The translations under genes and the position numbers were made by a program. Below the pieces are notes generated by a model. It saw only the letters and a program-made list of their open reading frames with translations, had not been told where the DNA came from and made no database searches. 64,000 nt of DNA. Source: Eledone cirrhosa (lineage: Eukaryota). Position 1 is the stretch's first letter; the number at the start of each line of letters is the position of its first letter. Where the stretch lies: positions 92,442,001-92,506,000 of the forward strand of contig OZ024742.1 of NCBI GenBank assembly GCA_964016885.1, read 5' to 3'. This document shows positions 1 to 13,697 of this stretch, piece after piece.

Positions 1-133
1 GTTACGTCCCTTTACGATCTGAGTTCAAATCCCGCCGGGGTTGACTTTGCCTTTCATCCTTACGGGGTCGATAAAATAAAGTACCAGTAATGCACTGGTA
101 ACTGTTGGCCTTGTGCCTAAAGTAGAAACAATT
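1..133 (+). mobile_element. tRNA-derived SINE, 3' part (family S1)
   Basis: B-box GAGTTCAAATCC, core GACTTTGCCTTTCATCCTTACGGGGTCGATAAAATAAAGTACCAG and tail GGCCTTGTGCC..GTAGAAACAATT; the same sequence recurs about 12 times in the window. Confidence 0.8.
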
Positions 134-243
134 ATTTACGTACTAGACATCTGATCAGATTTGAAAATACAACTTTAGTGGAATGTATTTTAAAAATTAA
201 TAGGATGGATTTGGTGGAAGATTGATAGATAGATAGATAGATA

Positions 244-1895
244 TATTTCTTTATTAGCCACAGGGGCACAAAAGAAGGGGACAAATACAAAGGGTGAAGT
301 TTACATACAATAAAAACGTGTAAAATGTTATCACAAATGCAATTTAAAAAATTAGTCGATTTTCCCCAATAGAGGGAGACAGTTCATATGGGTAACACAT
401 ACCCCCGAAAAAATGTGCAACCCTCATCTCCAGGAGTACGAAGAGTTTGTACTCCTTTCCTCTCCTCCTCCTTTTCCTCAACCTACAGGCTGATATAGAG
501 AGAAAGCCCATTCACTCGGGCCATTCTCGCCACTTTCACCCACCTTTCATAAAACTTGCTGGGGTACAGCACCTCTCTCTCCATCCTGATACTTCTTCCA
601 AGTGGTATTTGAAAAAAAGAATCAGTTGTTGGCCGAAGAGAAAGGTGTCTGACCTCAGCCCTTTCAACCTTGTCCACCATACAACCTCTTTCGCCATAGC
701 TATCACACAAAGGAAAACCGCTTCTCCTTCGTTTTTGAAGCAGGGTGGTGGTTTGATCATGACAATGGACTCGATGGTCAACCGGATTGGTCCCACCCGC
801 GACAATAGTCGTTCTACATAGCCCCACAGGTCAGTGACGCCCGGGCAGTGTATGAATGCGTGCGCGACGGTTTCTTCGTCTCGCACGCACCTCGGACAGA
901 TCTTTTTTGCAGGGTTTCTGCCCGGGCGTCCATGTCTGTAGAGCTTGTCTCGAACTGGTAGAGCTCCTCGGTAGCACTGCCAGGCCAGTGACTTTTGGAA
1001 GTTGTCCATCGGTCCCGCGCGGGAGATCCTACCGAACAGACTGGCCACTTCATCTTCCTCTACGCCTAGAGCTTCACTGAGCGCGTCGTCGCACTTGCTG
1101 CGGATCAACCCTCTATAGAATGACGAAATGGAGTCTCCACTGATCGCCGGGTCCGTCTGCTAGCGGGCTGTGAGCGCCTGAGCACATTCGATGTGCCAGT
1201 CGCCCATTTTCCTCGGTCTTTGCTTGACCCAGGACTGCAGCTCGGTCAGCGAGACGAGTCGTGGGAAGGCTCGCCTCACGAACGGGGCCCACACCGGTTG
1301 TCCGGTGAGGAATACGTAGAGATGCCGCAGCCTGAGCGCGTATTTGCGCATCGTCAACCACGGTATCCCCAGCCCTCCGTTAGAAATGTGTTGGCAGCAG
1401 ATGGATCTTCTCACCAAAGGAGCATGTTTCTTCCAAAGGAATTGGAAGAGCGCGCGCTCCATTTTGGTGAGCGTTTTGGCTGGACAATGCACGACGGTCA
1501 AGCGGTAGTAGATGGCGGACGCTATAAAAGTGTTCGCCACCTCCGCTCGACCTTTCAAGGATAGTTTGCACTCGGCCCACTTCTGGGTGAGTGCAAACAC
1601 CTTGGCCGTCACTTCGTTCCAGTTCTTCTCCACCTGGAGGTCCGGACCAAACCAGACCCCGAGCAGCTTTACTGGTCCTTCCGTCCAGCGTCCGACGACG
1701 CCATCGGAAGGCATCGGTTTGCCTTTCCACGATCCGAGTTGCAAACCGATGGACTTGTCCCGGTTCAGCTTCGCTCCTGTGAAACTTTCGTATTCCTTCA
1801 GTAAGGTGCCGACTTCCTCGATTTGCGAGGCGCTCGACACCATTACTGTACCGTCGTCGGCGTAGGCCGACGCCGCTTTCCGCAGTCCCGGTTCC

Positions 1896-1896
<1 letters not shown>
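244..1896 (-). mobile_element. Tx1/L1-clade non-LTR retrotransposon, 5'-truncated copy 1 (subfamily A), disrupted ORF2
   Basis: Minus-strand ORFs give SAYADD (RT), LLGVWFG, GGLGIP and the C-terminal CPRC..ETVAHAFIHC zinc-knuckle; stop at about 483; about 240-nt 3'UTR ending AATAAAGAAA; (GATA)n on both sides (224-243, 1897-1980). Confidence 0.9.
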
Positions 1897-1980
<84 letters not shown>

Positions 1981-1981
<1 letters not shown>

Positions 1982-4341
1982 CTTTCTTTTTATTTGCCAC
2001 CAGGGCATCAAAAAGTGGGACAAGTACAATGGGGGGAGTTTACATAAAAAGGCGTCCTCACTAAGGAGGAGGCAATAACAAGATATAAAAAATAAAATAT
2101 AAAATATAACAAAAATAAATTTAATAACAAAATCCTCAATAGGGAGGAGGCGCCTTGGGGGGTCGCATACACCCCCGAAAAAAGTGTGCAACCCTTCTCC
2201 TCAGGAGCACAGAGAGGGGATTCTCCCTTGATCTTTCATCTTCCTCACCTATAGTCTGATGTAGAGTGAAGGCCTATTCACACGGGCCATTCTCGCCACT
2301 TTCACCCATCTTTCATAAAAACGGCTGGGGTGCAGCACCTCTCTCTCCATCCTGATCCTTCTTCCGAAATGATATCGGAATAAACGGACCAGTTGTTGGT
2401 CAGTGAGAAAGGTGCCTGACCTCAGTCCTTTCAGACGCGTCCACCATACAACCTCTTTCGCCATGGCTATTACACACAGAAACACCGCCTCTTCTTCGCT
2501 TTTGAAGAGTGGAGGCGGCTTGATCGTTACAATAGACTCGGTGGTCAACCGGATCGGTCCCACCCTTGGCAGCAGTTGTTCGACATAGCCCCACAGATCG
2601 GCAATGCCCGAGCAGTGTACCAATGCAGTGTACCAATGCGTGTGTAACGGTTTCCTCGTTGCGCACGCATCTGGGACAGATCTTTTTCGAGGGGCCCCTA
2701 CTCGGGCGCCCGTGTCTGTAGAGCCTTTCTCGAACGGGCAGAGCCCCTCGGTAGCACTTCCAGGCCAGGGACCTCTGGAAGTTATCCATGGGTGCCGGGC
2801 TGAATGTCATACCGAACAGGTTTGCCAGTTCGTCTTCCTCCATGCCTAGGGCTTCTCCGAGGGCGTCGTCGCACCTGCTAACCACCATCCCTCTATAGAA
2901 TAGCGAGCTGGATTCTCCACTGACAGCCGGGTCCGCCTGCCAGAGAGCCGTGAGCGCCTGGGCACACTCGGTGTGCCAGGCGCCCAGTTTTCTCGGTCTT
3001 TGCTTGACCCAGGATTGCAGCTCGGTGAGCGAGACGAGTCTGGGAAAGGCTCGCCTCACAAACGGGGCCCACACCGGTTGACCGGTGAGGAATGCCTGGA
3101 GGTGCCGTAGCCTTAATGCGTGTTTACGTATCATTAGCCACGGCATCCCCAGCCCTCCTTTCGAAGGGTGTTGACAGCAGATGGATCTCCTCACCATAGG
3201 AGCCCGCTTCTTCCAAAGGAATTGGAAGAGTGCGTGCTCCATTTTGGCGAGCGTTTCCCTGGGCAAGGCACGACGGTCATGCGGTAGTAGATGAGGGACG
3301 CTATATAAGTGTTTGCCACCTCCGCCCGACCTTTCAGGGACAGTTTGCACTCGGCCCACTTCTGGGTCAGTGCAAACACCCTGTTCGTTACCCCACCCCA
3401 GTTCTTCTCCACCTGGAGGCCTGGTCCGAACCAAACCTCCAGCAACTTCACCGGGCCCTCCGTCCAGCGCCCGACGACGCCATCGGAGGGCATCGATCTG
3501 CCCCTCCACGTGCCGAGTTGCAGACCGATCGACTTGTCCCGGTTCAGCTTAGCCCCTGTAAACTTTTCGTACTCCTCCAGTAAGGTGCCGATCGCCCCGA
3601 TTTCTGAGGCCGTCGGCACCATTTCTGTTACGTCATCGGCGTAGGCCGACACTGCTTTCCGCAATCCCGGTTCCAACGGGATGCCCTGCAACAACTCCAA
3701 CTTCCGCAGCAGTGGCTCTAGAGTCATTACATACAGAAGGGAGGAGAGAGGGCACCCTTGTCGGATGGACCGCGCGATTTCGAACGGCTCCCAGAGGTAG
3801 CCGTTCACCTTGACCCTAGAGCAGATGCGGCTGCTGTGCATGGCAGTGATCCAGCCCCTGAAAACGGGTCCGATGCCTGCCGCCGCTAGCACCGCATCCA
3901 GGTAACCATGGTCGACCCTATCGAACGCCTTAGATTGATCCAAGTTGATCAGGGCCCCACCAAAGCCGGGTTCGTTCCCAACTCTCTCTATGATGTATCA
4001 CATGAGGTGGAGGTTGTCGTGGATGGACCTGGACGGGATAGCACATGTCTGCGCATCTCCCACCAGGTTGCCCACGACAAGCGCCAACCTCTTTGCTAGC
4101 ATATTGGCCAAAATCTGTAACTCTGTATTTAGCAGAGTTATGGGCCTGAAATTATTTATATCGTCCCCCTTGTTCTCGTCCTTCCTCACTAGCGTGACTA
4201 CACCCTTGGTCACAGCACAGGGAATTCTCCCGTTCTGTTGCCAGTTGCAGTAGACCGCCTTGAGGAGATCGGGGAACAAGTCCGGCATAGCTAGATATAG
4301 TTCGTATGGAAGACCATCGAGACCCGGGGATTTGCGTTTGC
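1981..4341 (-). mobile_element. Tx1/L1-clade non-LTR retrotransposon, 5'-truncated copy 2 (subfamily B)
   Basis: KSPGLDGLPYE, NFRPITLLN, DQSKAFDRV, RQGCPLS, SAYADD and CPRC..HC motifs split by frameshifts; distinct 3'UTR; bounded by (GATA)n at 1897-1980 and 4342-4375. Confidence 0.9.
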
Positions 4342-4375
<34 letters not shown>

Positions 4376-4886
4376 TTCTTTATTTGCCACAAGGGCGCAC
4401 AAGAAAAGGGGACAATACAAAGACACATGCTGGGGATTTTACATACAATCGTGTAAAAAAATATTATTAAAACAAGCAAATTCAACAATTGAAATCGCCA
4501 ATAGGGGGGAGGTGTTACAAATGGGTTGTTTAATACCCCGTCGATAGAACAATCCTCAACTCCAGGAGCGTTTTGTGCAAGTGCTCCTTTCTTCCTTTTG
4601 CTCTCATCTTCAACCTACAGGTTTATATACAGAGAAGGCCCAATCACTCGGGCCATTTTTGCTACATTCACCCACCTTTCAGTAAATTTACTGGGGTGCA
4701 GTGTCTCTCTCTGCAATCTGATTCTCCTTTTAAAGTGGTACCTAAAGAAGGCAATGAGGTGTTGTCCGGAGAGAAAGGTATCTGTCCTCAGTCCTCTCAA
4801 TCTCGTCCACCATATAACCTCTTTCACCATAGCCACTGTACAGAGGAAAACGGCCTCTCTTTCGTGTTTGAAAGAAATTGGCGGTT
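4376..4886 (-). mobile_element. Tx1-like element 3' end, copy 3 (subfamily C)
   Basis: ORF2 C-terminus (KEVIWWTRLRG..PSLYINL*) plus a 3'UTR matching copies 6 and 8; GATA tracts on both sides. Confidence 0.88.
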
Positions 4887-4977
4887 AGATAGATAGATAG
4901 ACAGATAGATAAACATATATCTATATCTATCTATATATATATAGAGAGAGAGAGATAGATAGATAGATAGATAGATA

Positions 4978-5363
4978 TGTTTCTTTATTAGCCACAGGGG
5001 CACAAAAGAAGGGGACAAATACAAAGAGGGAAGTTTACATACAATAAAAACGTGTAAAATACTATCACAATTGCAATTTAAAAAATTAGTCGATTTTCCC
5101 CAATAGGGGGAGACAGTTTATATGGGTAACACATGCCCCCGAAAAAATGTGCAACCCTCATCTCCAAGCGTACGAAGAGTTTGTACCCCTTTCCTCTCTT
5201 CCTCTTTTTCCTCAACCTACAGGCTGATATAGAGAAAAGGCCCATTCACTCGGGCCATTCTCGCCACTTTCACCCACCTTTCATAAAACTTGCTGGGGTA
5301 CAGCACCTCTCTCTCCATCCTGATTCTTCTTCCAAAGTGGTATTTGAAAAAAAGAATCAGTTG
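4978..5363 (-). mobile_element. Tx1-like element 3' end, copy 4 (subfamily A)
   Basis: Near-identical to 244-630; its 5' junction abuts a free (GATA)n tract at 5364-5444. Confidence 0.88.
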
Positions 5364-5445
<82 letters not shown>

Positions 5446-5557
5446 ATTAAATGGGTGTGAGAGATAAAAACAGAGAAAGATAGTTATGTGTTGATCACCT
5501 GATGTATATGAATAGTAACGTTAGTTTGAAGGTGAAATTATGGCATGAGGGAAATGA

Positions 5558-5671
<114 letters not shown>

Positions 5672-5797
5672 AACAGTTACCATGAAGAAGGTGTACTCTA
5701 ACTCCATAAATACATACATACATTTACACTGGTACAAATATACACGAACGTATGTATATGCACATATATGTGTAGGTACACACACACACACGCACAC

Positions 5798-5831
<34 letters not shown>

Positions 5832-6390
5832 CTGTGAGTGTATGTATGTACATATATATATATATATATAAAGAGAGATAGAAGTGAGATATACACACAA
5901 ACACACACACATACTAATCTATATGTGTGTGTGTAATATGTGTTTGCGTGCGGATACATATATGAATTTATGTATGCAGATATCTGAATGGACATACTAT
6001 TGTACGTCGAATAAATATACATATATACGCATACCTCTGTGTGTGTGTGTGTGTGTGTGTGTGTAACTACACCTGTCTGCAATTAGAAAAAAGTAGTTAA
6101 TGACATGTACTTCCAACCACTCCTGTACCATTACCACCAACACATCTAATAACAACATCACCAACAACAACAACATCACCTACAGCATCATCAACAACAA
6201 CAACATCACCTACAACATCACCAACAACAACAACATCACCTACAACATCCCCACCAACACCATCAACATAAACACAAACTTGCCCAAAGCAACACCGTAT
6301 GTCTTAGAATGACATTCCTTACATTTGTAGCAACATATTTTCCACTCCCTCGCTAGAAAGTTTTGAAGGGTTTCTCCAACACCCAACAAA

Positions 6391-8470
6391 CAAACAACCA
6401 ACCAGCCAACCAGCCAACCAGCCAACCAGCCAACCAACCAGCCAACCAGCCAACCAACCATCCAACCAACCAGCAAACCAACCAGCCAACCAACCTGCAA
6501 ACCGATCAGCCAACCAACCTGCAAACCAATTAGCCAACCAACCAGCCAAACAACCAGCCAACCAAGTAGCCAACCAACCAGCCAACCAAGCAGCCAACCA
6601 ACCAGCCAACCAACCAGCCAACCAACCAGCCAACCAACCAGCTAACCAACCAGCCAAACAACCAGCCAAACAACCAGCCAACCAAGCAGCCAACCAACCA
6701 GCCAACCAAGCAGCCAACCAACCAGCCAACCAACCAGCCAACCAAGCAGCCAACCAACCAGCCAACCAACCAGCCAACCAACCAGCCAACCAACCAGCCA
6801 ACCAACCAGCCAACCAACCAGCCAACCAGCCAACCAGCAACCAACCAACCAACCAACCAACCTGAAAACAAGCCAACCAACCAGCCAAACAACCAGCCAA
6901 CCAACCAGCCAACCAACCAGCCAAATAACCAGCCAATCAACCAGCCAACCAACTAACCAGCCAACCAACCTGCAAACCAACCAGCCAACCAACCTGCAAA
7001 CCAATTAGCCAACCAACCAGCCAAACAACTAGCCAACCAAGCAGCCAACCAACCAGCCAACCAGCCAGCCAACCAACCAGCCAACCAACTAGCCAACCAA
7101 CCAGCCAACCAACCAGCCAACCAGCCAACCAGCAACCAACCAACCAACCAACAAACCTGAAAACCAGCCAACCAACCAGCCAAACAACCAGCCAACCAAC
7201 CAGCCAACCAACCAGCCAAACAACCAGCCAATCAACCAGCCAACCAACTAACCAGCCAACCAACCTGCAAACCAACCAGCCAACCAACCTGCAAACCAAT
7301 TAGCCAACCAACCAGCCAAACAACTAGCCAACCAAGCAGCCAACCAACCAGCCAACCAACCAGCCAACCAACCAGCCAACAAAACCAGCCAACCAACCCG
7401 CAAACCAACCAGCCAAACAACCAGCCAACCAACCAGCCAACCAACCAGCCAAACAACCAGCCAACCAAGCAGCCAACCAAGCAGCCAACCAACCAGCCAA
7501 ACAACCAGCCAAACAACCAGCCAACCAACCAGCAAATCAACCAGCCAACCAACCAGCCAAAGAACCTACCAGCCAACCATCCATCCCACCAACCAACCCG
7601 CCAACCAACCAACCAACCAGCCAACCAACCAGCCAACCAACCAGCAAATCAACCAGCCAACCAACCAGCCAAACAACCTACCAGCCGACAATCCAGCCCA
7701 CCAACCAGCCAGCCAACCAACCAGTGAAACAACCAACAAACAACCAGCCGACCAACCAACCAACCAACCATCCAGCCAAACAACATACCAGCCAACCATC
7801 CAGCCCACCAACCAACCAGTCAAACAACCAGCCAACCAACCAGCCAACCAACCAGCCAACCAACCAGCCAACCAACCAGCCAACCAACCCGCAAACCAAT
7901 CAGCCAGCCAACCAACCAGCCAACCAACCAACAAACAACCAGCCGACCAACCAACCAACCAAAGAGCCAAACAACCAACCAACAACCAGCCAACAGCCAG
8001 CCCACAACCAGCCAACCAACCAGAAAACCAACCAGCCAAACAACCAGCCAGCCTACCAGTGAGCAAACCAGCCAAACAACCAGCCAACCAACCAGCCAAC
8101 CAGCCAACAAACAACCAGCAAACTAGCCAGTCCACCAACAAACAACCAGCCAACCAACAACCATCCAACCAGCCAGCCCACCCAACAACCAGCCAACCAA
8201 CCAGCAAACCAACCTGCCAACTAGCCAGCCAACCAACCAACCAAATAACCAGCCAACGAACCAGCCAACCAGCCCACCAACCAGCCAACCAGCCAGCAAA
8301 CCAACTGGTAAACTAGTCGACCAACCAACCAGCAATCCAGACAGCAAACCAGCCAGCCAACCAGTGAGCAAACCAACCAACCAACTAGTCAACCAATCAG
8401 CAAACCAACCAGCAAACCAACCAGCAAACAAACCAGCAAACCAGCCAACCAGCGACCCAGTCAACCAAAC
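6391..8470. repeat. Degenerate (CCAA/CCAG)n tetranucleotide array with a 295-bp higher-order duplication
   Basis: AACC/AGCC units throughout; identical variant blocks recur 295 bp apart (ORF-track starts at 7004 and 7299). Confidence 0.92.
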
Positions 8471-9033
8471 AAAAAACTCACTCTTTTAAATGTTCTCTAC
8501 TGGAAACATTCTTCTGTTTTATTATGTGCGTGTGTTGTTTTATTTTGTACCAATTAAAAATCTGTGTTAGCCTCGTAGCAAATATAAATATATATAGAGA
8601 GATAATTAGGATGGTCGCTCCAACATATCTGTAAACATACCTGTATGTAAAGGTTGTATATCGGATAATATACGATATGTTTACAAATTAATATTTGAAA
8701 GCCTTTAGCTATGAATTCTAAAGGTGATGACTGACACCATCAACCTTGATCCAGCTGAAGCAAGTGGAAAGCGACCGACAGTACTGTTTCTGGCTGTATG
8801 ACCGTTTTGAAGGTTACGCAACCTTCCTCGCTTCATACTAGAACTCAAATAAGCTGAAAACATAGTTTTATCGCTTATGTATATGTTTTAACGAAAGAGC
8901 AATTTAACCTAATAACAAATGTTTTGATGGTCCAGATTGGAGAAAGCAGTCTTTGTTAACATCATTTTTTGTACATGTTATAAAGATCTTTTATATATAC
9001 ATACCTGGTGCGTTTTTCAAACCCCTTTATAGT

Positions 9034-9220
9034 GTTCAGCTCTCTTCAGTAAGTACCCTGAACAATTGGTATGCTTCACTTCAAAATATTTAAAAAGACT
9101 GTTTAACGCACATGGTTTTCCAGTTTCTAGCTGCCGCATACTCGTTCTGCTAGAAATAACAGCCGTTTTTTGAAGTGAAGCATACCAATTGCTCAGGGTA
9201 CTTACTGAAGAGAGCTGAAC
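9034..9220. repeat. 53-bp inverted repeat (1 mismatch) with an 81-bp spacer
   Basis: 9034-9086 GTTCAGCTCTCTTCAGTAAGTACCCTGAACAATTGGTATGCTTCACTTCAAAA is the reverse complement of 9168-9220. Confidence 0.9.
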
Positions 9221-9496
9221 GAGGTATTGTTTCACTTTTCCATCTCGAAACTTATTTGGATTTTGAATTTTAAACTTATCTACGGAACAGGTCTGATTTT
9301 GAAATTTAAATTTGTCTAAGTACCACGGCCATTTGCCAATATCGTTTGTTTTTATTGATTTATTATTTTAAATCGAGACAGACAAACTGTATTATTATAA
9401 TTAGTATTTTTCAATCTAGCTAACTTAGTCTTTTACAATACAAACACTTATATGTTGGTATTTGTGTTTCATCATATATATTAATTTATATTAACT

Positions 9497-9737
<241 letters not shown>

Positions 9738-9964
9738 CATTTATGTTGTTAAGCTGTTTACTAATGGATAGAACTTCATCAAATTAATTAAAACATTCAA
9801 CGTTATACAAATCATCCATCGTAGATGTGGTATCCAGTGGTTGGTGCAGGGACGGACCAAGGTATTCATGAAAACAACAACAGAACGCCGGACTGGAAAA
9901 TTTATTTTAGAATTTTAATTCCGCGAAAGCATTATACATATTTCGATGGCCGAGCCCTATCATA

Positions 9965-11208
<1,244 letters not shown>

Positions 11209-11253
11209 ATATATATATATATATATTCAGTTTCGTTAAGGCTAAAATATGAG

Positions 11254-11304
11254 TCTTGCTACTCTGGAGTTTTCACCTGTTTATCACAGGGTCATCAGAC
11301 AAGA
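11254..11304 (-). ncRNA. Type I hammerhead ribozyme, slightly degenerate
   Basis: Minus strand: TCTTGT-CTGATGA-CCCTGT gataa ACAGGT-GAAA(A)-CTC ca GAG-TA-GCAAGA; stems I, II and III pair; one extra A in the GAAA box. Confidence 0.7.
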
Positions 11305-12232
11305 ACCAACGTTTCAATGGCAGACACAGTATAAATAAGGTAGACTTGGGGTGTGTGGGGGAAGGTATTAATTGAGAAGGCGTGATTAGGATAAGGTGGT
11401 GGTGGCAGTGGGCAGTGGAAGAAGACGGTGACTAAGGGTAGTAGTGGGTGTAGCCATAGAAAATAGGCATTTAACCATAGAAATTTAATTGGTCAGTGGA
11501 AGGCAGGTGGTGAATGTGGAGATAGGTGTATAGGGGTTAGTGAGAAATGTTGGAGGGATTGGCGGATGGAATAAACATATGTATATAATCATATGGCTAC
11601 ACAGAAACATATCTACACATGCATAAGGGTGCAAGCAGTACCGTTGGTAGGGGTCGAAACTACCAAAGTCCATCTCAACAGCCGATGATCCAGGAGATCT
11701 GTGTCTTTAGTTTGAATTTTCATCTTCAAAAACTCATTAAAGATTCCCCTTAAAAAATGTTTTTCGTTTTGCCTTGTTTTCGTTCGTTGACCTGTCCTCT
11801 ACTTGTTAATTTTCCTAAGTTTATATATATATATATATATACACATAACATGCACATATATATATATATATATATAGCCCTGAGTGTGTGGGTTTATGTG
11901 TGTGCTTTTTGTTTGTATATATATATCTGTGTGTGTGTGTGTTTGTGTAAGCGAAGGTCAAAGGAAACAACAAAGCAAACAACACAGTACAATGAAATAT
12001 ATATTACACAGGTACTCTTATCCATCCGGAACAATAAAGTACATTTCTTTGTTACCCCTAAATACTGGATGGCAAGTTTCAAGTGTTTAACAGTCTGGCA
12101 GCAAAATTGTTCCAATCTCTTCCAGCCCTCCATTACGTCTGCAATCTCGGTCTCCATCACCAAACTTTCAATCATCAACAAAGAACGTTTTTTTTTTTTG
12201 TCAATACAGTCTTTCATCAATTATAATTATTT

Positions 12233-12445
12233 TGGCAGTATCGGTAGAGGGTCAGACGCCATGCTTTGAAGCATAGAGTTGCGGCCCTTTACGGTCTAAG
12301 TTCAAATCTTGTCGAGGTTAACTTTGCCTTTCATCCTTACGGGATCGATAAATAAAGCACCAGTAACGTACTGGGTCGATTTAATCGACTCCCACCCCAC
12401 AAAAAATTTCTGGCCTTGTGCCTATACTAGAAATCATTATTATTG
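12233..12445 (+). mobile_element. SINE family S1
   Basis: A-box TGGCAGTATCGG, B-box-like AGTTCAAATC, S1 core and tail. Confidence 0.8.
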
Positions 12446-12464
12446 TTGCAGTTGGTGCTGCTAC

Positions 12465-13335
12465 ACCAGTGGTGGTGCTGTTGGTAGTGCTGATGGAAGT
12501 GGTGGTAGTTGTGGTAGTGGGGGAAGTGGTGGTGGTTGTGATGGTGTTGGTTGTGGTGGTACTGGTGGTGCTGGTGGAAGTGGTGGTGGTTGTGATGGTG
12601 CTGGTTGTGGTGGTGGTTGTGGTGGTGATGGTGGTGGTGGTGGTGGTGGTGGTGGTGGTGGTGGTGGTTGTGATGGTGCTGGTTGTGGTGGTGGTTGTGG
12701 TGGTGCTGGTGGTGCTGGTGGAAGTGGTGGTGGTTGTGGTGGTGCTGGTTGTTGTGCTGGTTGTGGTGGTGCTGGTGGTGCTGGTGGAAGTGGTGGTGGT
12801 TGTGATGGTGCTGGTTGTGGTGGTGTTGGTGGTGCTGGTGGAAGTGGTGGTGGTTGTGGTGGTGCTGGTTGCGGTGGTGCTGGTGGTGCTGGTGGAAGTG
12901 GTGGTGGTTGTGATGGTGCTGGTTGTTGTGCTGGTTGTGGTGGTGCTGGTGGTGCTGGGGGAAGTGGTGGTGGTTGTGGTGGTGCTGGTTGTGGTGGTGC
13001 TGGTGGAAGTGGTGGTGGTTGTGGTGGTGCTGGTTGTGGTGGTGCTGGTGGTGCTGGTGGAAGTGGTGGTGGTTGTGATGGTGCTGGTTGTGGTGGTGGT
13101 TGTGGTGGTGGTGGTGGTGGTGGTGGTGGTGGTGGTGGTGGTGGTGGTGGTGGTGGTGGTGGTGGTTGTGATGGTTGTGGTGGTGGTGCTGGTGGTGCTG
13201 GTGGAAGTGGTGGTGGTTGTGATGGTGCTGGTTGTGGTGCTGGTTGTGGTGGTGCTGGTGGTGCTGGTGGAAGTGTTGGTGGTTGTGATGGTGCTGGTTG
13301 TGGTGGTGCTGGTGGAAGTGATGGTGGTTGTGGTG
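12465..13335. repeat. Degenerate (GGT)n trinucleotide array
   Basis: GGT/GCT/TGT/GGAAGT variants in recurring blocks; begins right after a SINE tail. Confidence 0.92.
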
Positions 13336-13526
13336 ATACTCCTGCTGATATTGATGAATGGCGTTGTTTTAATTTGTTAATCAGTAAATTAATTAATTAA
13401 AATGGCATAGTTAAGCTGTGGCCACAACTCACTGCGGTGGAGGGTATCAAATGTTGCTAGACCTGTAGTAGACATTGATTAACACATATATATATGTGTG
13501 TGCATGTGTGTGTGTGTATCTGTGTG

Positions 13527-13613
13527 TTTCTTTATTTGCCACAAGGGCGCACAAGAAATGGAACATTACAAGTCGTGACGGCGGAGGTTTTACATAAAAA
13601 TTGTGTAAACTTT
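13527..13613 (-). mobile_element. Tx1-like element, extreme 3' tip, copy 5
   Basis: TTTCTTTATTTGCCACAAGGGCGCACAAG terminal motif; 5' junction at GACA/GATA tract 13614-13696. Confidence 0.7.
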
Positions 13614-13625
13614 AGAGAGACAGAC

Positions 13626-13696
<71 letters not shown>

Positions 13697-13697
<1 letters not shown>

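Noticed and set aside
1160-2191. 343-aa ORF with YLSI repeats
   Set aside because: Chimeric read-through from the 3'UTR of copy 2 across (TATC)n into copy 1; not a gene
6240-8464. Trp/Gly/Leu-rich ORFs
   Set aside because: Translations of the CCAA/CCAG repeat, open in several frames
12309-13400. Gly/Cys-rich 363-aa ORF resembling a structural protein
   Set aside because: Starts inside a SINE and runs through a (GGT)n array that is also open in another frame; no signal peptide or splice evidence
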